A DNA stretch of 32,000 nt, taken from contig CAVRAI010000014.1 of the NCBI GenBank assembly GCA_963718915.1, positions 180,001 to 212,000 on the forward strand, in the 5' to 3' direction. The notes below the pieces were generated by a model. That model was given only the letters and a program-made list of their open reading frames with translations. It did not search any database and was not told the origin of the DNA. This DNA comes from an uncultured Chloroflexia bacterium. GTDB taxonomy: Bacteria > Chloroflexota > Ktedonobacteria > Ktedonobacterales > JADMIN01. The position numbers were made by a program, and so were the translations under genes. Of this stretch, positions 1 to 7,801 are shown one piece after another. Position 1 is the stretch's first letter; each line of letters begins with the position of its first letter.

Positions 1-1
1 C

Positions 2-1247
2 CCGGTCACCCTGCTAGAGAGGCAGGCCACAACGCGCCTACCTGAGCTGATCCCTATCCGCTATGGGCGTATGCGGGTTTCCCCATTCGCGTTCTATCGT
101 GGATCGGCGATTGTGATGGCGCAGGACCTGGCCCGCACTCCCTCGACAGGCATCTATACCCAACTCTGCGGCGATTGCCACCTCTCCAACTTCGGGGATT
201 ACGCCTCGCCTGAACGTACGCTGCTCTTTGGCATCAATGACTTCGACGAGACACTGCCCGGCCCTTGGGAGTGGGATGTCAAGCGGCTCGCGGCCAGCTT
301 CTATATCGCCGGTCGAGGCAACGGTTTTTCGGAGGTGGACTGCCGCAATGCGGCGCTGGCGACGGCTCGATCTTATCGGTTGCATATGACAGAGTTCGCC
401 GGGATGCGCACCCTCGACGTGTGGTATTCAAGCGTCACCGCCGAGAAATTGCTGAACGTATTACGGAGTAGGCGCGATATCAGGCGTGAGCGGCGCGAGC
501 TAGCCAGGATTCGGGGCCACGATAGCCTGCAGGCGCTCACCAAACTGACCGAAATAGTTGATGGCCGCCTGGCCATTGCCGACAACCCTCCCCTGATCAC
601 ACGGCTCGAAGAGGAGGAGCTTGGGGCCAGCCTACGTACGCTCTTCTACCAGTATCAGCGTTCGCTCCAGGGCGCACAGCGCAATATGCTCGATCGCTTT
701 CATGTCGTTGACGTGGCTCTCAAGGTAGTGGGGGTGGGCAGCGTAGGGACACGCTGCTTTATCGTGCTGCTGATTGGGCAAGGTACAGACGACCCACTCT
801 TCCTGCAGGGCAAAGAGGCGGAAGCGTCGGTGCTTTCGGCCCACCTGCCCAGGAGCATTTACAGACATCAGGGAAGGCGGGTGGTAGCCGGCCAGGAGCT
901 TATACAGGCAGCGTCGGATATCTTCCTGGGCTGGAATAATGGGCCGCGCGGGCGCTATTTCTACTGGCGGCAATTGCGCGACATGAAAGGCTCGGTGGAG
1001 GTGGAGTATCTGTCAGCCCCCGATCTGGCGGCCTACGGCGAGCTTTGTGGCTGGGCCCTGGCACGGGCCCATGCGCATGCCTGCCCGACACGCGGTCGAG
1101 ATTGCGGCGTATCTGGGGACGTGTGAGAGCTTTGACCGGGCCATCGCCACCTTTGCTGAGATGTACGCCAACCAGAACGAACGTGACTATCAGTCGTTCT
1201 TGTCTGCCATCAACAGTGGACGCATCAAGGCAGCAGTGGTTGACTGA
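2..1247 (+). CDS. DUF2252 domain-containing protein (5' end off-window; apparent 1-nt frameshift at CCC 1084-1086)
   Basis: The frame-2 ORF is open from nt 2 (PVTLLERQATTRLPELIPIRYGRMRVSPFAFYRGSA..., LCGDCHLSNFG), which is typical DUF2252 N-terminal sequence. The conserved C-terminus (AVEIAAYLGTCESFDRAIATFAEMYANQNERDY) continues in frame 3 (ORF 1047-1247). Deleting one C at 1084-1086 joins the two frames. Confidence 0.8.
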
Positions 1248-1390
1248 TCCAGATATCCGGGTCGCTCATTCTACCGGCTCCTTGCCCAGATCCCTTCATG
1301 GGACGGTATCTGGCGCACGGGCCGCGCTGATCCCTGCTCGTCATCTCGCCTGAGCTGCTCATACCGATTTCGTTTGGGATGTTGTGGTTT

Positions 1391-1479
1391 GGCAGACATG
1401 CCATAGCCTGAAGGCCACGGCGAATTTCCGAGTCCCGCGCATCCGCCCATTCGCCGTAGCGTTCACGCTATGGTCTGCC
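1391..1479. repeat. About 90-bp imperfect palindromic intergenic element (GGCAGAC...CCTGAAGGCCACGGCGAAT / ATTCGCCGTAGCG...GTCTGCC), member of the dispersed hairpin-repeat family
   Basis: The left arm ggcagacatgccatagcctgaaggccacggcgaat pairs with the reverse complement of the right arm attcgccgtagcgttcacgctatggtctgcc. The same words recur at 17553-17587, 24301-24325 and 25973-26007. It lies between the convergent DUF2252 and recO genes. Confidence 0.7.
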
Positions 1480-1560
1480 TCCGCATGAGAACGGTCCAAC
1501 CGGATTTCGTATCACAATCCGCACCATCGCACTGGGAAAACGACTGACGCACCCGCGAAT

Positions 1561-2331
1561 CTACCTCGTTGGCGCGCGTTGGAGGAAGCTCCACGACTTC
1601 AGTTCCCTATCGAGGTGATAGCGCAGGGTGCTTTGCAGCACGCCCTCCATCTCGTTCTGCAGGTCGGGTTCCAGTCGCAGCCGGGGCGCCGCCTCCCAGG
1701 TGCTCGATTGCAGCAGTCGCAGCACCTTCAGCGCGTTGAGCGAGAGCCGCCGCTGGCCGAGATGGCGGCAGTTGGGGCAGAGTGCGCCGCCCAACTCCGC
1801 GCTATAGCTGTTCTCCTCTGGGCGCAGCGGACGGTCGCAGTTGACGCAGTGGTGCAGGTTGGGGCGGAAGCCCAGGTCGCTCAGCAGGTGCAGCTCGAAG
1901 TAGCGGAGCGCCAGCCAGCTTCGCGTCGTCTCATGCGTGAGCGCGTCCTCGTTGAGCTGCTCCAGCATCGCCAGGAAGAGCTTGTAGAGATGCGGGTGGG
2001 GGTCGGCGTCTTCGAGGAAGCGGTCCACCAGTTCGGCGAGATACCACGCCGCCGTCGCGTGCCAGACGTCGTCGCGCAGCGCCTCCAGCCGTTCGCGCGC
2101 CTCGGCCTGGGTGACGATATCGAGGTCGCGTCCATGCGCCAGCAAGAGTTGTGTGCGGGTGAATGGCTCCAGATGTCCCGCGAGGCGGCTGGTCGTCCGG
2201 CGGACGCCTTTGGCGATGGCGCGCACCTTGCCATAGGTGGGCGTGAAGAGCGTGAGGATGCGGTCCGCCTCACCAAAATCGCTGCGACGGAGGCTGATGG
2301 CCTCGGTTGTATAGACGTGTGGATGCGACAT
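1561..2331 (-). CDS. recO: DNA repair protein RecO
   Basis: 256-aa ORF. The N-terminal OB-fold sequence (EAISLRRSDFGEADRILTLFTPTYGKVRAIAKGVRR) and the C-terminal zinc motif (CVNC...CPNC) are characteristic of RecO. Confidence 0.9.
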   Translation of the reverse strand: MSHPHVYTTEAISLRRSDFGEADRILTLFTPTYGKVRAIAKGVRRTTSRLAGHLEPFTRTQLLLAHGRDLDIVTQAEARERLEALRDDVWHATAAWYLAELVDRFLEDADPHPHLYKLFLAMLEQLNEDALTHETTRSWLALRYFELHLLSDLGFRPNLHHCVNCDRPLRPEENSYSAELGGALCPNCRHLGQRRLSLNALKVLRLLQSSTWEAAPRLRLEPDLQNEMEGVLQSTLRYHLDRELKSWSFLQRAPTR

Positions 2332-2364
2332 GCGCTGCCCTCTGCTCGCCCAAGTAATCCGCGC

Positions 2365-2425
2365 GTCTGGGAGCCCGCGCAGGCGGGCTTTGCGGCGCAG
2401 CCCCTAGGCGCGGCTTCAGCCGCCA
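2365..2425. repeat. Hairpin repeat words (AGCCCGCGCAGGCGGGCT; GCAGCCCCTAGGCGCGGCTTCAGCCGCC) of the dispersed intergenic family
   Basis: Perfect 7-bp-stem palindrome agcccgc-gcag-gcgggct at 2372-2389. It is related to the GTCCGCCTGCGCGGAC / ACCCGCCTGCGCGGGT hairpins at 17720-17815, 23040-23060 and 26070-26160. Confidence 0.55.
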
Positions 2426-2584
2426 GCCCCCACCATCACGACAAATTGTGGCCGATTCCTGATAGTATACGATTTCTCCTTCTCTGGCTGCGCGCTCAGA
2501 ATGGAAGATGCGGGCACGGCGCTTGCCAGAAGGGGCGCCTGTCGGATACAATGCGGAGGCGAACGAAACACCACGTTTCGGCTG

Positions 2585-2668
2585 GCCGGTGTGGCGGAAT
2601 GGTATACGCGGCAGTCTCAAAAACTGCTGCCCTTCACGGGCTTGTGGGTTCGAGTCCCACCACCGGCA
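2585..2668 (+). tRNA. tRNA-Leu (anticodon CAA), class II with long variable arm
   Basis: Manual cloverleaf: acceptor GCCGGTG/CACCGGC, D-stem GCG/CGC with GG loop, anticodon stem GCAGT/ACTGC with loop CTCAAAA, variable arm GCCC-TTCAC-GGGC, T-arm GTGGG-TTCGAGT-CCCAC, discriminator A. CCA is not encoded (ACCT). Confidence 0.9.
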
Positions 2669-2738
2669 CCTTACCTCTAGTTTTCCTCTTTTACCTCTGC
2701 ACTGCACAAATAGTCAGGAAGTAGGGCCGCCCTACTCG

Positions 2739-3248
2739 ATGATATCTGTCCTCATGCGACCATTTTTTGGATATGCCTCGGAGGGAATGAGGGAACACTT
2801 CATGGAATCGGATTCTCGGCTATGTCCACGCTGCGGCGAGGTAAAGCCTTTAACGGAGTTTACCCGTGATCGCAGCAAGAAGTCTGGCTATCACGGCTTG
2901 TGTAAGCGGTGCAATTATCTTCGCCTGAAGGACAAACTCGGTTCCGAGCACTACCGACGGTATCGAAAGGAATGGGAACTTCAGCATCGCTATGGAATGA
3001 CCAGCGCTGAGTATGCTCAAAGAATAGCAGAGCAAAGCGGCCTCTGCCTTATTTGCGGATCGCAGTCTGAGAGGCTTGTAGTTGACCACAACCATAAAAC
3101 GGGACAGGTTCGAGGGCTTCTATGTGTCTCATGTAACGGCCTTCTCGGACTTGCCAATGACAGCGAACATGTTCTTATGGCAGCAATCGACTACCTGCGG
3201 GCGTTTGCCGTTAAGGAAGCCACTCAACCGAGTGCAGTTTGCGGGTAA
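2739..3248 (+). CDS. Recombination endonuclease VII-like (Endonuclease_7 / HNH-type) protein
   Basis: Motif LVVDHNHKTGQVRGLLCVSCNGLLG plus an N-terminal CPRCG...CKRCN zinc-ribbon pair. The computed ORF 2508-3248 overlaps the tRNA, so the real start must lie downstream of 2670. Candidates are ATG 2739, 2754 and 2802; 2802 has GAGGGA 7 nt upstream and may be the true start. Confidence 0.75.
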   Translation: MISVLMRPFFGYASEGMREHFMESDSRLCPRCGEVKPLTEFTRDRSKKSGYHGLCKRCNYLRLKDKLGSEHYRRYRKEWELQHRYGMTSAEYAQRIAEQSGLCLICGSQSERLVVDHNHKTGQVRGLLCVSCNGLLGLANDSEHVLMAAIDYLRAFAVKEATQPSAVCG

Positions 3249-3340
3249 GTCTCTCCAGATACTGCCAGGTGCTGCCAGGTGCTGATAAGAGGACGATCGT
3301 GGACGAAATGACGTGATCTTGAAATCCGTCACGTCTCATA

Positions 3341-4473
3341 CGGATTCCTTGACGGACCTGAGAGAATGGGTCCATGGCACGACGAATACGGTTGGCGACG
3401 CACCTGAGCGTCGAGGAGCTAGAACACCGCTATCGGGCGGCGCACGAGCCGCATGAGCGCACGTGGTGGCAGATCCTGTGGTTGCTCGCACGCGGGCAGT
3501 TGGCCAAAGACATTGCCGAGAGTACGGGCTACACGCGGACCTGGATCGGGCAGATCGCCAGGCGCTAGAACGCCGAGGGGCCAGCGGGCATGGTCAATCG
3601 GCAGCGCACCACCTCGTGGCGCGCCCTGCGGATGCTCTCAACGGCGCAGCAGGAGGAGCTGCGGGTGGCGCTGGCGGATCCCGCCCCCGACGGAGGCAAG
3701 CGTTGGCGCGCGCGTGACGTCGCCGACTGGATGGCAACTACACTGGGCCGTCCGGTCGTCACCCAACGGGGCTGGGATTACCTGCAACGGCTCAAGCACA
3801 GCCAGCAGGTGCCGCGGCCGCAGCATGCCCTGGCCAATCCAGAACAGCAAGCCACGTTCAAAAAAAACTAAGACCGCTGCTGCAGGCCGTAGCTGCAGCC
3901 TTCCCCCAGGCGACGATCGAACTGTGGGCCACCGATGAGCATCGCATCGGACTCAAGCCGCTGCTCCGCCGGGTCTGGGCTGGATAGGCGCCGATTAGCC
4001 AACGGCCTGTTGCCACGGTGCAGCACCGCTTCGCCTGGCGCTCCCTGGTCGGCTTCGTCCATCCCGCCTCCGGACGCACCTTCTTTCATCTGGCGACGAC
4101 CCTCAGCATCCCCGTCTTCGAAGTCGAGTTGGCCGAATTCGCGCGTCAGGCAGGGGCCAGTCCGACCAAGCAGATCGTGCTGGTGCTCGATCGCGCTGGC
4201 TGGCACACCAGTGGCACGCTGCGCGTGCCGGCGCATGTCCATCTGCTGTTCTTACCGCCGTACTCGCCCGAGTTGCAGCCCGCTGAGCACGTGTGGCGAT
4301 TGACCAACAGCGTACTGGTCAATCGCCACTTTGCCACCATCGAGGACCTGGAAGACGCGCAATTTGCCCACTGCGCTAACCTCCAGCGGCAGCGCGACCG
4401 CATCCGCTCCACCACCTGCTTCCACTGGTGGCCCAAACAGCTTCACCAACGTCGAGGACCGAAGCAGACCTGA
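3341..4473 (+). mobile_element. IS630-family insertion sequence, copy 1 (decayed)
   Basis: Collinear with copy 2 (7802-8925, opposite strand). Similarity between the copies stops at TA|CGG on the left (TA 3339-3340) and CTGA|TA on the right (TA 4474-4475), consistent with TA target duplication. Boundaries are good to about 3 bp. Confidence 0.8.
3374..4473 (+). pseudogene. IS630-family transposase, inactivated (two in-frame stops)
   Basis: The HTH part (3374-3871) carries TAG at 3566-3568 where copy 2 has Tyr (AKRYNEQG versus ARR*NAEG). The DDE part, in the -1 frame after the A8 run at 3860-3867, carries TAG at 3985-3987 within a 3-codon insertion relative to copy 2. The C-terminal DDE region (LDRAGWH...LPPYSPELQPAEHVW) is otherwise preserved. 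Confidence 0.85.
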
Positions 4474-4682
4474 TATAATAAGTGTTATATGGTATATTGT
4501 ATCTTTTCGTCAGATTCACAATCAAAGGCCTGTGGCATCAATCGGATGTCCTGGTTTTTCACTGATCTGCAGGAGTTGTTTGGCCTGCAGCCCACAAATC
4601 TCAGTAATGCTAGGTGCACAAAAGCACACATAGAACGTTACTTGTACTATAGCAAGGATGCAAATCTCTTCTTCTTTATGCC

Positions 4683-5183
4683 TTGCGCCGCAGCCACCTG
4701 AGCTACAAACGCGGACGGCGGTATGTCCATTCGCCTGATCCGCTCTACGCCGCCAAGTTGGCGACGATTGGCTATGTCCAGCAACGGGCGCAGGCCGAAC
4801 CCGAGCAGATCGTCGTCCTCTACGAGGATGAACTGACCTACCACCGTCGCCCCAGCCTCGGCTACGCCTATGTACCCACCGGCAGTGACGCCCCCCGAGC
4901 CGACCAGGGCTGGGGCAGTGATACGCTGCGCCGTATCGCCGCCTGTCTCAATGTCGCCACTGGCCAACTGCACAGTCAGCAGCGGGCGCACTGGACCGTG
5001 GCAGCGCTGACCCGCTTCTTGCAGCTGGTGGACGCGGCCTACCCAGCCGCCCAGCGGCTCTATGTGGCGCTGGATAACTGGCCCGTGCATTTCCACCCGC
5101 AGCTGCGCGCGACGCTGGCGACGACCACCAAGATCCGCTTGCTGCGGCTGCCGACCTACGCGCCCTGGACGAACCCCGTCGAA
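4683..5183 (+). pseudogene. IS630-family transposase fragment (DDE core only; N-terminal HTH region and C-terminus missing)
   Basis: The sequence LSYKRGRRYVHSPDPLYAAKL...VVLYEDELTY...VALDNWPVHFHP...LLRLPTYAPWTNPVE matches the IS630/Tc1-type DDE layout. It is divergent from the 3374/8892 copies. Homology ends at NPVE (5183), and only about 170 nt of AT-rich sequence separates it from the left IR. Confidence 0.7.
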
Positions 5184-5198
5184 CTAAAAGAGAGCCCT

Positions 5199-5282
5199 AT
5201 GGAACCTGACTATGAAGCAAAAGAAGGGCGTGAGCACTACGCTGCATGCCATTTCTCTGAATATGTCATGCCGATTGATTAG
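5199..5282 (+). CDS. Candidate 27-aa micro-ORF (MEPDYEAKEGREHYAACHFSEYVMPID)
   Basis: The last 19 codons are repeated at 5811-5870. Of the 9 codon differences, 7 are synonymous and 2 are conservative (M/T, I/V), which suggests selection on the peptide. The SD is weak (GAGAG). It is in frame with the upstream transposase fragment, so it could instead be the tail of a lost larger gene. Confidence 0.3.
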   Translation: MEPDYEAKEGREHYAACHFSEYVMPID

Positions 5283-5314
5283 TGCTGATCTGAAAGGGGA
5301 TAATTGATGCAGGG
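5223..5314 (+). repeat. Direct repeat A (about 92 bp): conserved ORF tail + stop + SD + ATGCAGGG start
   Basis: By eye it aligns without gaps to 5811-5902 at about 84% identity. The two copies flank the 5307-5798 membrane-protein ORF. Confidence 0.8.
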
Positions 5315-5798
5315 AGCTACGAAGAGGGACCTAGGCGCCATGATCGGGCGCTACATAATCTATGTGCCCACCGCAGGGTTCCTGATCAATCTCGCAATCG
5401 TTCTCGGCGGCGGTGTCGACGATTGGAAGATCTCCACTCTCAAGATCGGGCTCACATGGCTCGTCGGCGTGAACGGCATCATCACGGGGACCGGACACAT
5501 GTTCATACCCGCCCCGATCGCCGCTTCGATCGGGTGGCCCACGAGCCGGTTCCAGTGGGAGGTTGGGCTGGCCGATCTCAGCTACGGCGTGGCGGGAATC
5601 ATGGCTCCGAGCTTCGATCGCGGCTTCTGGCTGGCCACGATCGTTGTCTTCTCGATCTTCATGTTGGGGGCCGCCGTGGGCCATGTGCGGTCGATGGTTG
5701 CCGAGCACAACTTCGCGCCCGGAAACTCCGGCTTCATATTCTGGTACGACATCGTGGCCCCGACCGTGTTGATCATCCTTTACGTGCTCACTCGGTAG
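5307..5798 (+). CDS. Hypothetical integral membrane protein (about 4 predicted TM segments)
   Basis: 163-aa ORF from ATG 5307, with AAGGGGA 6 nt upstream. Hydrophobic segments: YIIYVPTAGFLINLAIVLGG, LTWLVGVNGIITG, FWLATIVVFSIFMLGAAVG and WYDIVAPTVLIILYVL. I do not confidently recognise a family. Confidence 0.6.
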   Translation: MQGATKRDLGAMIGRYIIYVPTAGFLINLAIVLGGGVDDWKISTLKIGLTWLVGVNGIITGTGHMFIPAPIAASIGWPTSRFQWEVGLADLSYGVAGIMAPSFDRGFWLATIVVFSIFMLGAAVGHVRSMVAEHNFAPGNSGFIFWYDIVAPTVLIILYVLTR

Positions 5799-5810
5799 CG
5801 CGCGGAGGCA

Positions 5811-5902
5811 GAGGGCCGCGAACACTACGCTGCATGCCACTTCTCTGAATACGTCACACCAGTTGATTAGTGCTAATCTAAAAGGAGGCAATTGATGCAG
5901 GG
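5811..5902 (+). repeat. Direct repeat B (about 92 bp), partner of 5223-5314
   Basis: Encodes ...EGREHYAACHFSEYVTPVD* in the same frame as the membrane ORF, immediately after that ORF's TAG. It is followed by AAAGGAGG and ATGCAGGG. Confidence 0.8.
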
Positions 5903-6032
5903 TACTGATCCTTCACCTATAGTAGGTGTCTTTAGAGATCATACTAAGGCGGACCATGCCGTAGGAGAGCTCAAGCAAGCTGGATTTAGAGAAGACCAGA
6001 TTACTTCTGCTCGCCTGTCAGTGCGAAACTGA
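5895..6032 (+). pseudogene. Truncated small ORF (MQGTDPSPIVGVFRDHTKADHAVGELKQAGFREDQI...), cut by the right IR
   Basis: Strong SD (AAAGGAGG, 6-nt spacing). The N-terminus resembles the 'VGVF-x-D...A-x-x-A-V-x-E-L...GF' start of small general-stress-type proteins; this is from memory and unverified. The TGA stop (6030-6032) lies inside IR 6029-6058, so the ORF looks truncated. Confidence 0.35.
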
Positions 6033-6373
6033 CGAAAAGATACAATGTACCATATAACTGTCAGAGATCACCGATCATCCTCGTTTTCCTCTAACAGTGA
6101 GAGCTGGAGAGGGAGCATATCCTCTTCTTCTTGCAAAGAAACAGCTTCTGTCTCCGCGCGCGCTACACGAGGAGGGAGATGTGTGCGTGGGCCGTGATAC
6201 TCGCGTAACGGACGAAAATCTCCTTCGAGTGCGATATTGGTAAAGTGATACGAGCCATTGAGGGGTCAGCATATCCAACCCTGCTTTTAGTACGTTAAGC
6301 GAGGTGAGGCCATACTGGAGGAACGGCAAAGAAGTCAACAGTGTGGACTGAACCCCATTTACCGGACCGCAGT

Positions 6374-7336
6374 TCAAGACAACTCATCAGTGGATAACGA
6401 GGAAGCGGCTTCAAACTCGACAGGCGGCAGATAGCCCAGGCTCGAGTGCAACCGTTTCAGGTTGTAGACCGCTTCAATGAAATGGCCGAGGTTGGTTTCG
6501 GCATCGGCAAACGTTCGATACTCCTGGAGATACACCTCCTCGCGTTTCAACGTCTTGAAGAAACTCTCGGCCTTGGCGTTGTCATACGGATTGCCTTTGG
6601 CTGACATGCTGACACGCGCCTCGGCCTGCTCTAAGCGCGCCACATAGGCGAGACTAGCATACTGCACGCCGCGATCCGAATGGTGGATGAGTCCCGAGGC
6701 CGGGCGCGGGGTGCGCTGGGTCAGCGCCATTTCCAGGGCGTCGAGCGTGAGCTGGGTATCAATCTGGCGCGAGAGCTTCCAGCCGACACAGCGGCGCGAA
6801 TACGCATCCAACACACAGGCCAGATAGACGAAATTGGTGGGCAAGCGCACATAGGTGATGTCGGCGACCCACGCTTGATTGGGCGCGCTCAGCGTCATCT
6901 GCGCCAGCAGATTGGGATAGGTCGGCAAGCCCTGCGCTGAATCGGTCGTGACCAGGAAGCGGCGTTTGAGCTGGCACAGCAACGAGTCCTGGCGCATGAC
7001 GCGCCAGACTCGCTTGTGATTGACCGCCCAGCCTTCCCGCTGCAACGCGTGGGTCACGCGCCGGTAGCCATAGCCAGGAAATTCCAGCGTGATGCGTTCA
7101 ATCGCATCGCGCAGAACCAGGTCGCCTTCCGCTCGCGCATCAGTGGCGGGATGCGCGTAGTACCAACTGCGGCTCACATCGAGTAAGCGGCAGAGACGCC
7201 GCACCGAGAGCGTCGGAAACTGTTCTTGGAGAACAGTCATCATGGCGTGTTGCTCGCTGATGGGGTCAGCGTGCTGCGCGAGGCTTGCTGCAAGGCTTTT
7301 TTTAACGCCGCATTTTCTAGCGCCAACTGCCCGCAA
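6374..7336 (-). CDS. IS3-family transposase OrfB (DDE integrase-like domain)
   Basis: Contains WVADITYV...LDAYSRRCVGW...HHSDRGVQYAS...NPYDNAKAESFFKTLKRE, the typical rve/DDE signature. It is expressed as an OrfAB fusion by a -1 frameshift. Confidence 0.9.
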   Translation of the reverse strand: MRAVGARKCGVKKSLAASLAQHADPISEQHAMMTVLQEQFPTLSVRRLCRLLDVSRSWYYAHPATDARAEGDLVLRDAIERITLEFPGYGYRRVTHALQREGWAVNHKRVWRVMRQDSLLCQLKRRFLVTTDSAQGLPTYPNLLAQMTLSAPNQAWVADITYVRLPTNFVYLACVLDAYSRRCVGWKLSRQIDTQLTLDALEMALTQRTPRPASGLIHHSDRGVQYASLAYVARLEQAEARVSMSAKGNPYDNAKAESFFKTLKREEVYLQEYRTFADAETNLGHFIEAVYNLKRLHSSLGYLPPVEFEAASSLSTDELS

Positions 7337-7572
7337 AAGCGCTCTAACTCGGCAATCCGCGTTTCTAGCGGTGTGGCGCTCGCCTCGGCTGCCGTCCCAG
7401 TGCGCGACGTGAAAGCCGCTTCGCCGCGCTCAGCATATTCGTGGCGCCAACGCGCCAGAAGGCTATCAGACAACTGGTGTTCGCGACACATCTGGGCCGG
7501 GCGTTTCGTCCCGTTGGCCAGTTGGCGCACGATCTCCAGTTTGAACTCACGCGTAAAGGTCCGTCCAGGCAT
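7240..7572 (-). CDS. IS3-family transposase OrfA (HTH)
   Basis: 110 aa. MPGRTFTREFKLEIVRQL... plus a leucine-zipper-like C-terminus (IAELERFCGQLALENAALKKAL) is the typical IS3 OrfA pattern. Confidence 0.9.
   Translation of the reverse strand: MPGRTFTREFKLEIVRQLANGTKRPAQMCREHQLSDSLLARWRHEYAERGEAAFTSRTGTAAEASATPLETRIAELERFCGQLALENAALKKALQQASRSTLTPSASNTP
7297..7303 (-). promoter_or_regulatory. Programmed -1 ribosomal frameshift site of the IS3 element (A AAA AAA G on the minus strand)
   Basis: T7 run on the plus strand at 7297-7303. OrfA reads ...ALKKALQ, and the -1 frame reads ...KKSLAASLAQHADP, which is the N-terminal part of the OrfB frame. Confidence 0.75.
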
Positions 7573-7801
7573 GGCGTCCCTCGCTTTCTGTTCTGCGGTG
7601 TCTGGCCTCAGTGTACCGCAGACTTTCGGCTGAGTTGTCTTGCCTCACTGGTCCGGGATGAGGGGTTCACTCCAGTGCATGCTGGGGAGCCACTTTACCC
7701 TATCCAAGAGAAATTTCTTTCCCATGTAGAATCTCACCCAGTCTCCCTCTTTCTTTCAATAAGCTTCACCTCGCTGATGGGCCTTCTCAGGCCAACTCAT
7801 A

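Larger units (their letters stand above)
4484..6058 (+). mobile_element. IR-bounded remnant of a second, distinct IS630-like element carrying passenger ORFs
   Basis: The 30-bp inverted repeats GTTATATGGTATATTGTATCTTTTCGTCAG (4484-4513) and CTGACGAAAAGATACAATGTACCATATAAC (6029-6058) match at 29/30 positions. The interior holds a 5'- and 3'-truncated IS630-type DDE fragment plus non-transposase ORFs. Confidence 0.6.
6349..7669 (-). mobile_element. IS3-family insertion sequence (apparently intact)
   Basis: Imperfect terminal inverted repeats of about 38 bp starting TGAACCCC...CCGGACC...AAGACAACTCA (6349-6386, and the reverse complement of 7631-7669). Two overlapping ORFs with an A7 slippery run. 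I could not identify a flanking direct repeat (GAC versus CTC). Confidence 0.85.

Noticed and set aside
1579-2724. 381-aa ORF on the + strand
   Set aside because: It is antisense to the well-supported recO, runs straight through the tRNA-Leu gene, and has Arg/Ala/Gln-rich low-information composition. It is a GC-driven shadow ORF.
2508-2738. N-terminal 77 codons of ORF 2508-3248, and ORF 11128-11409, both containing ...ACGFESHHRH...
   Set aside because: These translations are simply the tRNA-Leu T-arm/acceptor sequence and its duplicated fragment read as protein. They are not coding.
4489-4701. 70-aa + strand ORF starting inside the left 30-bp IR
   Set aside because: It sits in an AT-rich stretch that replaces the deleted 5' part of the transposase. 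It has no SD and no recognisable motifs, so it is probably non-coding filler.
6075-6377. 100-aa minus-strand ORF between the IR-bounded element and IS3
   Set aside because: Its start lies inside the IS3 terminal inverted repeat and orfB stop region. It crosses the element boundary, so it cannot be an ancestral gene, and it has no recognisable motifs.
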